Assembly (NCBI GenBank): GCA_018657885.1
Contig: JABHWG010000082.1
Span: 190-64,189, forward strand
Reading direction: 5' to 3'
DNA length: 64,000 nt
DNA from: Pelagibacteraceae bacterium
GTDB taxonomy: Bacteria; Pseudomonadota; Alphaproteobacteria; HIMB59; GCA-002718135
Position 1 is the first letter of the stretch. Each line of letters begins with the position of its first letter. Below are positions 48,616-57,817 of this stretch, in pieces. The notes under the pieces are model-generated. The model was not told the DNA's origin. It worked only from the letters and a program-made list of their open reading frames with translations, and made no database searches. The position numbers and the translations under genes are program-made.

Positions 48616-49560
48616 TTAACTAGATTGTTTTTTTCTAAAGTTATGAATTAAAACCATGCTAACAATTATTATTGCAATAACAACCTCTTGTGAGTGATTG
48701 CTCATGCCAAGTAAATTAAGAAGATTATTAATTACTCCAATTATTAAAGTTGCAATAATTGTTCCCTCAATTGAACCTTTTCCTCCATACAAAGAGGCAC
48801 CGCCTAAAACAGCTATTGCTATTACTGTTAACTCCCAACCTATTCCCATATGCGGATCAATTTGTCCCAATCTTGCACTCTGAATTAAGCCAGCAATTGA
48901 GCAGCAAAGTCCACAAACTGTAAATGCAATAATTTTTGAAGCGTTATTACTGATTCCAGATAAAATACTTGCTACGGGATTTGAACCAACAACGTAAAAA
49001 CTCTTACCAATAGTAGAAAATCTGATAAAAATTGCACAAATAATTGAAAGTACTATGAAGATAATAACTGGGATAGGAAATATACCCACATAACCTTTTG
49101 CGCTTGCCATATAAACTTCTAATTTTGTTGGATATGCAGCTTGTCCTTTTGTCATTATATAACCAACATTCCTAATTATGGCCATTGTGCCTAAAGTCAT
49201 AATTAGAGATGGAACTTTAATAATAGTAACACCTATACCATTTAGAAAACCACAAAAGGTTCCTGCTAAAAGAGTTAAAATAATTACAATAAAAGAAGAA
49301 TTACTATCAACAAATAATCCACCAAAAGCACATGAGAAAGCTGCTATTGAGCCTACAGACAAATCAATTTCACCAAGTATCATAACCATGGTCATGCCGA
49401 AGGCAATGATACCTAAAACCATTACAGTTCTAATTATATTTTGAATATTATCAAAATCTAAAAAGGCAGGACTTATAAATACAGCAAAACAACAAAGTAT
49501 AAAAAATAGAATTAAAAGATTAATATTATTTCCAGTATTGTTTAATAACTTAAAATTCAT
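48616..49560 (-). CDS. sugar-type ABC transporter permease, system B (first)
   Basis: 314 aa polytopic protein with GEIDLSVGS and LGGASLYGGKGS. Confidence 0.88.
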   Translation of the reverse strand: MNFKLLNNTGNNINLLILFFILCCFAVFISPAFLDFDNIQNIIRTVMVLGIIAFGMTMVMILGEIDLSVGSIAAFSCAFGGLFVDSNSSFIVIILTLLAGTFCGFLNGIGVTIIKVPSLIMTLGTMAIIRNVGYIMTKGQAAYPTKLEVYMASAKGYVGIFPIPVIIFIVLSIICAIFIRFSTIGKSFYVVGSNPVASILSGISNNASKIIAFTVCGLCCSIAGLIQSARLGQIDPHMGIGWELTVIAIAVLGGASLYGGKGSIEGTIIATLIIGVINNLLNLLGMSNHSQEVVIAIIIVSMVLIHNFRKKQSS

Positions 49561-49568
49561 GAAAAAAA

Positions 49569-49598
49569 CTTTCCCCTTATTTGATCTTAAGGAGAAAG
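49569..49598 (-). promoter_or_regulatory. intercistronic hairpin between the SBP and the first permease of system B, overlapping the permease RBS
   Basis: The arms are ctttcccctta (49569-49579) and taaggagaaag (49588-49598): 11 bp with one non-Watson-Crick position. On the minus strand the 3' arm carries AAGGGGA about 10 nt before the permease ATG. Confidence 0.4.
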
Positions 49599-49628
49599 TT
49601 AAAATTATTCAATAATCAAATTAAAATT

Positions 49629-50888
49629 TTACTCAGCTTCAGGTCCATACGCATATGGCCATTCATCTGGAGTAATTGTTTCAATTCCTGCGATTACCAT
49701 TTTTTCTTTTGTAATCATTGGTAGATTAGGAGTTACAATTTGTTTAGGAGGTTTTTCATTCAAACCTTCTTTTGCTCCAATATGTAATATTGCCGCTCTA
49801 ACACCAATGCCTCCTAAAAGAGGAGTATATGGTACTACTACATCCATATTACCTTTTCTAACTTCATTAACAGTTTCTTTTGAGTCATCATTAACAAGAA
49901 TGATAATTTTTCCACCGCCAGGAGCTGAGTTTAATCTATTAGCTTCTAAAACTGCATCAAGTGCACCTAGGGCTTCCTCACCACCTGTGTTAAAAATTAC
50001 AGAAACATCATCATGAGCTTGAAGAGCGTCCTGCGTAGCTTCAAAAGCAGCTTTTCTAGAACTATTTGTATGCATAGATTCACTGATAACATAATTATAA
50101 TCACCAATAGCTTCCATGAATGCGCCAGATCTCATTGAGTCAGCAGTACTTCCAAGAGGCTTTCTATTCATAACAATATTACCTTCACCATTAGCAACAT
50201 GATTTAAATAAAGACCTTGTTGCAAACCATTAGCATAAAAGTTTCCTAAAACTTCAGAACTAATATTTGGAGCTGCAGCTCTTCTATCAAGACTGACAAC
50301 AGGAATACCAGCAGCCTCTGCTCTTTCTACAGGAGGACCCATAGGAGCTTCTCTTGCAGGCCACATTACGATAGCATCCATTTGTTTTGCAATAAAATCA
50401 TCAATCATTTGACCCATTTTATTATCATCACCCTCTGCATCTAATACTTCTATTTCTACGTTTGAATGAAGATTTGCTTCATAAACAGCAGTATCTGCAA
50501 GACTAATTAACCATGGATGAAAACCCCAATGGTAAACAAAACCTATTCTGTATGTTTTGTCTGCATTTAATACTGGACCTTCTGCAATTGGAATATAATC
50601 ACTAAATGGAGCTTTAATAGGCAACCCGCTTAAAGGTCCCTCAAACTCTCTTCCCATACCAGGTTTCCATTCAAAACCTCCAGTCAATGATGTAACAGGG
50701 TAAACATCAAGAAAGTCCCTAAATCCATCTTTCTTGAAAAATTTTCCCAATTCTTCATTTTTAAATTCTTTCCAACCTTTTTGGTTTTCAGCAATTAAAT
50801 TATTTATATGACTATGAATATCAGCAGCATATAAATTAGCTGAAAACAAAAATGTAATTCCTATAATTAAATTACGAATTAACTTCAT
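49629..50888 (-). CDS. periplasmic PBP type I substrate-binding protein with an ~100-aa N-terminal extension, system B
   Basis: I prefer the start at MKLIRNLIIGITFLFSANLYA (50888), which follows GGGAGG at 50893-50898. The C-terminal ~300 aa are sugar-SBP-like. I do not recognise the N-terminal ~100 aa after the signal peptide. Confidence 0.8.
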   Translation of the reverse strand: MKLIRNLIIGITFLFSANLYAADIHSHINNLIAENQKGWKEFKNEELGKFFKKDGFRDFLDVYPVTSLTGGFEWKPGMGREFEGPLSGLPIKAPFSDYIPIAEGPVLNADKTYRIGFVYHWGFHPWLISLADTAVYEANLHSNVEIEVLDAEGDDNKMGQMIDDFIAKQMDAIVMWPAREAPMGPPVERAEAAGIPVVSLDRRAAAPNISSEVLGNFYANGLQQGLYLNHVANGEGNIVMNRKPLGSTADSMRSGAFMEAIGDYNYVISESMHTNSSRKAAFEATQDALQAHDDVSVIFNTGGEEALGALDAVLEANRLNSAPGGGKIIILVNDDSKETVNEVRKGNMDVVVPYTPLLGGIGVRAAILHIGAKEGLNEKPPKQIVTPNLPMITKEKMVIAGIETITPDEWPYAYGPEAE

Positions 50889-51310
50889 ATTACCTCCCTT
50901 AATATTTTTAATTTTTGTTAAAGATAACAAATTAAAATTCAACCTATACAAAAATTTATACAAAATATTATATAATAAATGAATGAGAAGTATTCACAAA
51001 AAATATATATTTTAGTAATTTGTTGTGATATTTTATTGAAATGATTGAACAAATTCAAATAATTAGTTGAAATAATATTGTAATAAAGCTTTCTATAGAG
51101 TCTCTTAAAAAAAATATATACTTTTAATGTATGTTTATCATACTAATCTATTTGATTGTTTAGTTTTTATACATATAATTTTAATGCTAATAATTATTCA
51201 CCTCTAAAGTATTAATATATTATTAGTATTGTAAATTTTGCTTAGTTAAAATGAACTGTAAATATTCATTAGGAAAAAAAATTACGATTAAAAATTAAAA
51301 AAAAATTTAC

Positions 51311-52195
51311 TTATTCTAAAATAATTTTTTTAGCAGTTTCAATAAAAGCATTAACCAAATTGTCTGTTTTTTTCTTTTTTAAACATACTAAATAAGCTTG
51401 AGTAAAAATATCATAATCTTCTATATGGATTTTTTTTATATCTTTATAGTTATCAAATTCTGGCTCAGATATAAGACCAAGTCCAATATTTTCTTTAACA
51501 GCTTGAACCATCGTAGTTCTACTTACTTCCATAATTGTATTTACATTAATTGAAGCTTTGCTTAAATTTTCTTCAAAAACCCTTCTGGTTTCAGATCCAG
51601 TTTCTCTATTAATGAAATTAGTTCCATTTAATTCATGTAACTTAATTGTTTTATTGTTGTAAAACTTATTACCTTTACCAGCAATAATTACAATTTTTTG
51701 TTTTAAGTAAGGGATATGATATAAGTCTGACTTAAAATTTTCCTTAAGGGGCTTTCCAATGACGCCTAAATCTATTTGAAAATTATATAATTTATCTAAA
51801 ATTTCATTTGAATTACTTGAAATAATTTTTAATTCAATTCCTGGATGTAATTTTTTAAATTCTTTTATTAGTTTAATAATATAATAAGTTCCTGAAGTAC
51901 CAGTTACTAAAGTCCCTTTATGTATGTTAAGGTTAGAAGAAAAAAGTTGAATAGCTTGCTCTTCAAGTTCAAAAATTCCAGATGTTATTTCAAAAAGTTT
52001 TCGCCCTAAATCTGTAAGAGAAATACCACGGGCATGCCTGTTTATTACATTAATAGAATAGAATTCTTCTAATAGCTGTATCTGTTTTGTAATAGTAGGT
52101 TGACTTATGTTTAACAGCTTTGCAGCAAGAGTAATACTTTCAGTTTTAGCTACGGCATGAAAAGATCTCAATTGGCTAAAATTAATATATTTCAT
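51311..52195 (-). CDS. LysR family transcriptional regulator
   Basis: 294 aa with the N-terminal HTH LRSFHAVAKTESITLAAKLLNISQPTITKQIQLLE and a LysR substrate-binding domain. Confidence 0.9.
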   Translation of the reverse strand: MKYINFSQLRSFHAVAKTESITLAAKLLNISQPTITKQIQLLEEFYSINVINRHARGISLTDLGRKLFEITSGIFELEEQAIQLFSSNLNIHKGTLVTGTSGTYYIIKLIKEFKKLHPGIELKIISSNSNEILDKLYNFQIDLGVIGKPLKENFKSDLYHIPYLKQKIVIIAGKGNKFYNNKTIKLHELNGTNFINRETGSETRRVFEENLSKASINVNTIMEVSRTTMVQAVKENIGLGLISEPEFDNYKDIKKIHIEDYDIFTQAYLVCLKKKKTDNLVNAFIETAKKIILE

Positions 52196-52257
52196 ATAGT
52201 TTTTACCTAAATTAAATATTTAAATATAGATAAAAACTATATTATGAAACTAAAAAA

Positions 52258-53091
52258 TTAAGAAATTAATTTTTTAAATGCTTCAAGCTCTTTTTTATTA
52301 ATATTTACAAGCTCATTACTCTTCGGAAATGTTTGATTTTGAACGGCAGACTTAAAACTTTTTATAGAATTAACTCTTTCTCTATAAATTTCATTCTTTA
52401 ACTTTAGAATATTTCCAAAAGATCTTGCATGTCTTGGAATATTTTCTTGCTCCCCACAGATATCATTTTGAAATAAATAAATTATATCTCCGCTTAAACC
52501 AGAGCCTAAAGAACTGGTAATTAGAGATGTTTTTTTACTTATTTCTAGCATTACCTCTTCTAAAATAATTTCACACTCTGCTGAAAAAGCTCCAGCACTT
52601 TCCATTGTTTTGAATTCATTAAATAATTTATAAGCTTCTTCCGCAGTCTTTCCAATTGCCCTTAAACCACCTTTCCATGATGATTTTCTTGGCACTAATC
52701 CCAAGTGGCACATAACAGGAATATCTTCCTTAGATAACATTTCAACTATGTGTGGACCCCTTGCAGTATAAATTTGATCAGCGCCTACTGACATTGCACG
52801 AAATGCTTCATTTAAAACTTCAGTAGTTGTTGGAAATAAAGCAAGATCTATAGTTGCAGTCAAAAAAATATCCGGCGCTCCCTTTCTTATTTCATCTATA
52901 AAAGGTGATTTGCACAATAACATATCTATGCCCGCTTCTTTAGCAGCTGAAGCTTCTTCAATATTAGTGGCAGTTGTTTGTAGGAATTTTTTCTTACCCT
53001 TGTTTTCTAATAAATCTGATACAGTAAGATTTCTGTCAGCAAACTTACCTCCCCAAGTATATAATTTTTTCATGAATATGTTAATTATCAT
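52258..53091 (-). CDS. PanB-like protein (ketopantoate hydroxymethyltransferase family), divergent paralog P1
   Basis: The C-terminal half aligns by eye with PanB (MCHLGLVPRKSSWKGGLRAIGKT; SSLGSGLSGDIIYLFQNDICGEQENIPRHARSF). The N-terminal region is shorter than in P2-P4. The start is uncertain (53091 or 53073). Confidence 0.72.
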   Translation of the reverse strand: MIINIFMKKLYTWGGKFADRNLTVSDLLENKGKKKFLQTTATNIEEASAAKEAGIDMLLCKSPFIDEIRKGAPDIFLTATIDLALFPTTTEVLNEAFRAMSVGADQIYTARGPHIVEMLSKEDIPVMCHLGLVPRKSSWKGGLRAIGKTAEEAYKLFNEFKTMESAGAFSAECEIILEEVMLEISKKTSLITSSLGSGLSGDIIYLFQNDICGEQENIPRHARSFGNILKLKNEIYRERVNSIKSFKSAVQNQTFPKSNELVNINKKELEAFKKLIS

Positions 53092-53204
53092 AAATCTATA
53101 TTCTTATCAAATAGACTCTATTTCCAAAACATAGTTAATAAGCATATTTTGTATTCATAAAATATATTTGATAAATATAATTTAAATATTATTTAAGTTT
53201 TAAG

Positions 53205-54170
53205 ATGGAAATTAATACAGAATATCAATGGCCCTATCATGGTTCAAAGTTAATTTCTAAAGACAAATTAAGACCTTTTTTGAAAAGAAATAATATTAGT
53301 GGTATAATACATCTTTGTATACATTTAGGACTAATACTGTTCTCGGGGATTTTAATCCATTTTTCAGCAAATATATTCCTTAAGATATTAGTAATGACAG
53401 CTCATGGAAGTTTCATAGCTTTTCTATATGCTGGACTTCACGAGTGTATACATAAATCTGCTTTTAAAAATAAGAGATTAAATGAAATTGTAGGTTATTT
53501 TATAGGTTTTGTGCTTCTAAGATCTTTTCTAAATGGAAGATATAGACACATGGCGCATCATACTTTTACACAACATCCAGAAAAAGATCCTGATAAAGTT
53601 GATTTTCCCTCAGGATATATCGATTATCTTAAGCATGTAACCAGTTTTACTTTATGGATTAGAATAATAGAAAACTTATTTAGACATTCTTTGGGTAAAA
53701 CAAGTGAATCTGAAAAAAACTATATTCCAGAAAGTGAAATCAAATCATTGATATTTGAATCAAGAATGATGTCAATTGGATACATTTTAATAATCTTTCT
53801 TTCAATTTATTTTAGTTCAACTTTTTTTCTTATTTATTGGTTTATACCAAGAATACTAGGTGAGCCTTTCTTAAGATTAGTAAGAATGGTAGAACATACA
53901 GGAAAAGATGAAACAGCGGACATGATACATAATACTAGAACATCTTTTCCAAGCGCATTTTTAAAATTTCTTTATTGGAATATGCCTTATCATATTGAGC
54001 ATCATTTATACGCCAGTGTGCCATTCCATAAACTTCCAAAATTTCATAACTTAATTAAGCCTCACACAGATGAAGTCGAGTCATCAATTTTATCAGTCCA
54101 TATAGAAATTCTTAAGCAGATATGGAAAAATAAAAAAAATAAGAAAAAAGAGAATTTATTAAGCATATAA
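53205..54170 (+). CDS. membrane di-iron oxygenase, fatty acid desaturase superfamily (divergent paralog D2)
   Basis: 321 aa with His boxes HECIH, HMAHH and HIEHH, TM helices, and a Lys-rich tail. It is divergent from P1. Confidence 0.8.
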   Translation: MEINTEYQWPYHGSKLISKDKLRPFLKRNNISGIIHLCIHLGLILFSGILIHFSANIFLKILVMTAHGSFIAFLYAGLHECIHKSAFKNKRLNEIVGYFIGFVLLRSFLNGRYRHMAHHTFTQHPEKDPDKVDFPSGYIDYLKHVTSFTLWIRIIENLFRHSLGKTSESEKNYIPESEIKSLIFESRMMSIGYILIIFLSIYFSSTFFLIYWFIPRILGEPFLRLVRMVEHTGKDETADMIHNTRTSFPSAFLKFLYWNMPYHIEHHLYASVPFHKLPKFHNLIKPHTDEVESSILSVHIEILKQIWKNKKNKKKENLLSI

Positions 54171-54217
54171 GAAAGTTACATGCTTTGATTACTGGCGCTA
54201 AAGATAGAGTTTAAGGC

Positions 54218-55045
54218 TCATTTTTTTTCAACAAAGTTTAGAAATTGATCATACTCTTTTGCATTTATTGATACTGTAATTTTTGGATCATCAAATTTTT
54301 TATTTTCAGTATCACTAATAAATTCTTTATATGCTGCTACTCTTTCTTTATGCAGTCTATCAAACTCTTTATTAAAGTTTTTATAAATTCTTGAATGTCT
54401 TGGTATGTGACCTGTGTTATAACCCAATATATCTTGAGAAAATAAATACTGACCATCACATAGTGACCCACTTCCCATTGATATGGTTAAAAGTTTAACT
54501 TTTTTAGTAATAATTTCTGCTACCTTTGTTGGAACTACTTCTAATTCAACTGCAATAGCTCCAGCATCATCTAATTCTAGAGTATGTTCCAATACTCCCA
54601 TAGCTTCTTTTGCAGTTTTGCCAATAGCTCTAAAGCCACCTAGCCAATTAGCATGTCCTGGGATTAAACCTACATGACTAATTACAGGAACTTTTTCTCT
54701 ATAAAGAGCTTTAATAATATTTGTACTATTATTGGTATAAAAAGAGTCACACCCTATTGATAACAGTTTGTAAGCCGCTCTAACTGCTTCATCTTCTGTA
54801 GCAAATGATCTTTCCGGTGCTGCACTCATTAAATGAGTGTTAGGTGCTGCCTCTCTAATTCTTTTGACATCATCAAACGTTCCATAAATACCGTGTTGAG
54901 GCATGCCATAAGCAGTCACAATCATATCTATGCCTGCTTCTTCAGCAGCAATAGCTTCTTCAACATTATTTACATACACGTCATGAATTTGTTTTTTTCC
55001 TTTTAATTTAAGCAAATCATAAACAGTTAATTTTTTTTTATTCAT
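54218..55045 (-). CDS. PanB-like protein, paralog P2 (last gene of ABC operon C)
   Basis: 275 aa with SHVGLIPGHANWLGGFRAIGKT, AVELEVVP and SMGSGSLCDGQYLFSQDILGYNTGHIPRHSRIY. There is a 12-nt gap after the ATPase gene. Confidence 0.8.
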   Translation of the reverse strand: MNKKKLTVYDLLKLKGKKQIHDVYVNNVEEAIAAEEAGIDMIVTAYGMPQHGIYGTFDDVKRIREAAPNTHLMSAAPERSFATEDEAVRAAYKLLSIGCDSFYTNNSTNIIKALYREKVPVISHVGLIPGHANWLGGFRAIGKTAKEAMGVLEHTLELDDAGAIAVELEVVPTKVAEIITKKVKLLTISMGSGSLCDGQYLFSQDILGYNTGHIPRHSRIYKNFNKEFDRLHKERVAAYKEFISDTENKKFDDPKITVSINAKEYDQFLNFVEKK

Positions 55046-55057
55046 TTAATCTCCTAA

Positions 55058-55792
55058 TTATCCAATTAATTTTATGAGTTCGTTAACTGTTGTATCCTCT
55101 TTAGGCATATCACAAACTTTCTCACCCCTTGCCATACCAACAATTCTATCGGCAATCTCATGAACATGGTATAAATTGTGACTGATAAAAATACTTCCAA
55201 TGCCGATTGATTTAAGACTTTGAACATATTCCAAGACTTTTAGAGTTTCTTTAACTGATAGATGGTTTGTTGGTTCATCTAAAATTAACATTTTAGATTT
55301 AAAGTACATCGATCTTGCAATTGCAACTCCCTGTCTTTCCCCACCTGATAATTCTTTTACTGGAATATGAGGTGATCTTAAATCCAAACCTACATCTTTT
55401 ATAGCTTTCATAGATTCTAAATTCATTTTTTTCTCATTTAAGATCGATAGAGAGCTTAATCCAAATTTTACTGGCTCCCTCCCAATAAATACATTTCTAG
55501 CAATAGACATTTCTTGAAACATGGTGTTGTATTGATGAATAGTTTCTATTCCTAAGTCCATGGCCATTTTAGGATTTTTGATATTAACTTTATGACCTTC
55601 AAAATAAATTTCTCCATTGTCTAACCCGTGCACACCACAAATAATTTTTATTAGAGTTGATTTACCTGCACCATTATCGCCAATTAAACCAATGACTTCT
55701 CCTTTGTTTATTTCCAAATCAACATTTTTTAAGGCGTGAAGATTTCCATACCATTTATTTAATTTGCTACACTTTAATAAATCTTTTGACAT
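55058..55792 (-). CDS. ABC transporter ATP-binding protein (single NBD), system C
   Basis: 244 aa with GDNGAGKST, LSGGERQG and LILDEPT. Confidence 0.88.
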   Translation of the reverse strand: MSKDLLKCSKLNKWYGNLHALKNVDLEINKGEVIGLIGDNGAGKSTLIKIICGVHGLDNGEIYFEGHKVNIKNPKMAMDLGIETIHQYNTMFQEMSIARNVFIGREPVKFGLSSLSILNEKKMNLESMKAIKDVGLDLRSPHIPVKELSGGERQGVAIARSMYFKSKMLILDEPTNHLSVKETLKVLEYVQSLKSIGIGSIFISHNLYHVHEIADRIVGMARGEKVCDMPKEDTTVNELIKLIG

Positions 55793-55808
55793 AATAATAA
55801 ATTACAAC

Positions 55809-56789
55809 TTAATCATCATCTTTCAACCTAATTTTATCAGCTGAATTTTTTGTAAGAGTATTTAAGATAACAGCAATTACAATAAGTGCTCCGACTGCAA
55901 ATTTAAACCAATTCCCGTCAATTCTCGAAAGTATTAAAATATTATCAATTATTAAAAGTAAAAATGTTCCAATTAGTGCTCCAAATGCAGATCCAATACC
56001 TCCCATAAGTGAAGCTCCGCCAACAACTGCAGAAGCTATGGCTTGTAATTCTAATCCCTGACCCAGGCTTGTAATAACAGTTTTAATTCTGAAGGATTGT
56101 ATTATTCCAGCAAAACCTGCAAGAACTGAACATATAATAAAGCAAGTTGTTTTGACCCAAAAAGTATTTATTCCAAGGTCTTTAGCTGCTTCTTTATTTT
56201 CTCCTGTGGCATATATCCAACTGCCAAAATTAGTTTTTTTAAGTATATAATTGCAGATCAAAGCTATGCCTATTAGCCAAAATATTGAAACTCTTAACAT
56301 GTCAACTCTTCCCACTAACCAATCAGTAGGTAAATCTTTAGGGACACTTGGGGGAAAGCCACCACTGATAACTACTGCTATACTTCTTGCCATAAACAGC
56401 ATACCTAAAGTAGCAATGAATGATGGAATCTTAAATTTAACAGTTACAATTGCATTTACAAATCCAATAAATGCAGCAGCCAATAAACCTAATAAAATAG
56501 ATACGATATAATGTAATTCATAATCAGCAATTAATATCATAGTAACAATAGGTGAGACGGCAAATACTGACCCTACTGATAAATCAAATTCTCCTGAAAT
56601 CATAAGTATGGTGATACCTAAAGCTACCAGAGCTAACTCTGGGTAGGTAGATAGTATAACCATAAAATTTCTTGAATTTAAAAAACGTTCATTAACAAAA
56701 GTAAAGACAACTATAAGAAAAATAAAAATAGCTAAGGCGCTGAACTCTGGTCTAGAAAGAAGGGATTTGATTTTGTTTTTGCTAAACAT
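55809..56789 (-). CDS. sugar-type ABC transporter permease, system C
   Basis: 326 aa polytopic protein with GEFDLSVGS and GGASLMGGIGS. Confidence 0.88.
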   Translation of the reverse strand: MFSKNKIKSLLSRPEFSALAIFIFLIVVFTFVNERFLNSRNFMVILSTYPELALVALGITILMISGEFDLSVGSVFAVSPIVTMILIADYELHYIVSILLGLLAAAFIGFVNAIVTVKFKIPSFIATLGMLFMARSIAVVISGGFPPSVPKDLPTDWLVGRVDMLRVSIFWLIGIALICNYILKKTNFGSWIYATGENKEAAKDLGINTFWVKTTCFIICSVLAGFAGIIQSFRIKTVITSLGQGLELQAIASAVVGGASLMGGIGSAFGALIGTFLLLIIDNILILSRIDGNWFKFAVGALIVIAVILNTLTKNSADKIRLKDDD

Positions 56790-56800
56790 GTTTAAAAATT

Positions 56801-56831
56801 ATTTGCGGTCAAATTAATATTGACCGCAAAT
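56801..56831 (-). promoter_or_regulatory. intercistronic hairpin after the SBP gene of system C
   Basis: atttgcggtca / tgaccgcaaat form a perfect 11-bp stem with a 9-nt loop. It is relatively GC-rich in an AT-rich spacer. Confidence 0.5.
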
Positions 56832-56848
56832 ATATGATTATTATAATT

Positions 56849-57817
56849 TTATCTTACGCCCATTTCAATATATTTACGAACGTCTGCAACATCTGAAGGA
56901 TATACAAATGCTTTACCTGTATTTACATCCCATGCGCTTAATCCAAATTCTTTCATTAAATACATTTGAAGTATAGGTAGGTATCCTTGAAGATATGGTT
57001 GCTGATCTATTGTTAAGTGAACATAACCTTCGTCCATTTCGTCCATAACTATATCAACAAGATCAAACATTCCCATTAATAATTCATTGGGTTTATATCC
57101 TAGATCTCTTAAGCAGTTTCCTGCTCCAGCTCCCCAAAATCCAGCATCAAAATAAGCAGTTGTTTCAGGATGTCCTTGAACATAAGCACAAATTCTTTGG
57201 CCAGTAACACTTGTATCAAGACCAGAGTCAATAGTATCCCATGTAACTTTTTTGTTTGGATTAGCAGTTTTATATTCTTCCATAAATTTTCTAACACCCC
57301 CAATACGAGCTTCCGCCCAACTTTGTCCAGGTGCTGAAAGACCTAAAAGTACATGCGTATCACCATCAGGAAAAGACTTTGATAACTCTTTACCTAATTC
57401 ATAACCTGCTTGGAATAAATCTTGTCCTACAAATGCTAATCTAGCATTACCTTCTGCTCCCTCAGAATCATCAACGTTAGTTGTGATTACGGGAATTCCA
57501 GCATCTATTGCATTTTGTACTGCTTCATCAAACATATTATCTTCAACTATAACAAGTGAAATACCGTCAATACCTTGTTCAACTAAAGCCTCAAGATTAG
57601 TTAATTGCATTTGTAAATTTCCATTTTCTTGATTGAAAACTAACTGACAATCTACTTGTAAAGTGTTGCATGCATCATCCATCCCTCTTTTGATACCTTG
57701 CCAAAAAGTGTTACTTGTATCAACTTGAGTTAGGACACTAAATTTATATTTTGCACTTGCAGGTACAGCTATCAATAAAGCTGCAAAGAATAATGCAAAT
57801 AATTTAAATATTTTCAT
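56849..57817 (-). CDS. periplasmic PBP type I sugar-type substrate-binding protein, system C
   Basis: I prefer the start at MKIFKLFALFFAALLIAVPASA (57817), which follows GGAGG. The two-lobe sugar-SBP pattern resembles the system A SBP (..IDQQPYLQGYLPILQMYL..). Confidence 0.85.
   Translation of the reverse strand: MKIFKLFALFFAALLIAVPASAKYKFSVLTQVDTSNTFWQGIKRGMDDACNTLQVDCQLVFNQENGNLQMQLTNLEALVEQGIDGISLVIVEDNMFDEAVQNAIDAGIPVITTNVDDSEGAEGNARLAFVGQDLFQAGYELGKELSKSFPDGDTHVLLGLSAPGQSWAEARIGGVRKFMEEYKTANPNKKVTWDTIDSGLDTSVTGQRICAYVQGHPETTAYFDAGFWGAGAGNCLRDLGYKPNELLMGMFDLVDIVMDEMDEGYVHLTIDQQPYLQGYLPILQMYLMKEFGLSAWDVNTGKAFVYPSDVADVRKYIEMGVR

Noticed and set aside
50964-51310. The long (347 nt) AT-rich spacer upstream of ABC operon B, examined for an RNA gene, riboswitch or repeats.
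   Set aside because: I could find no conserved-looking helices, GC-rich islands or internal repeats by eye. It is most simply a promoter/operator region. LysR T-N11-A type sites cannot be called reliably in such AT-rich sequence.
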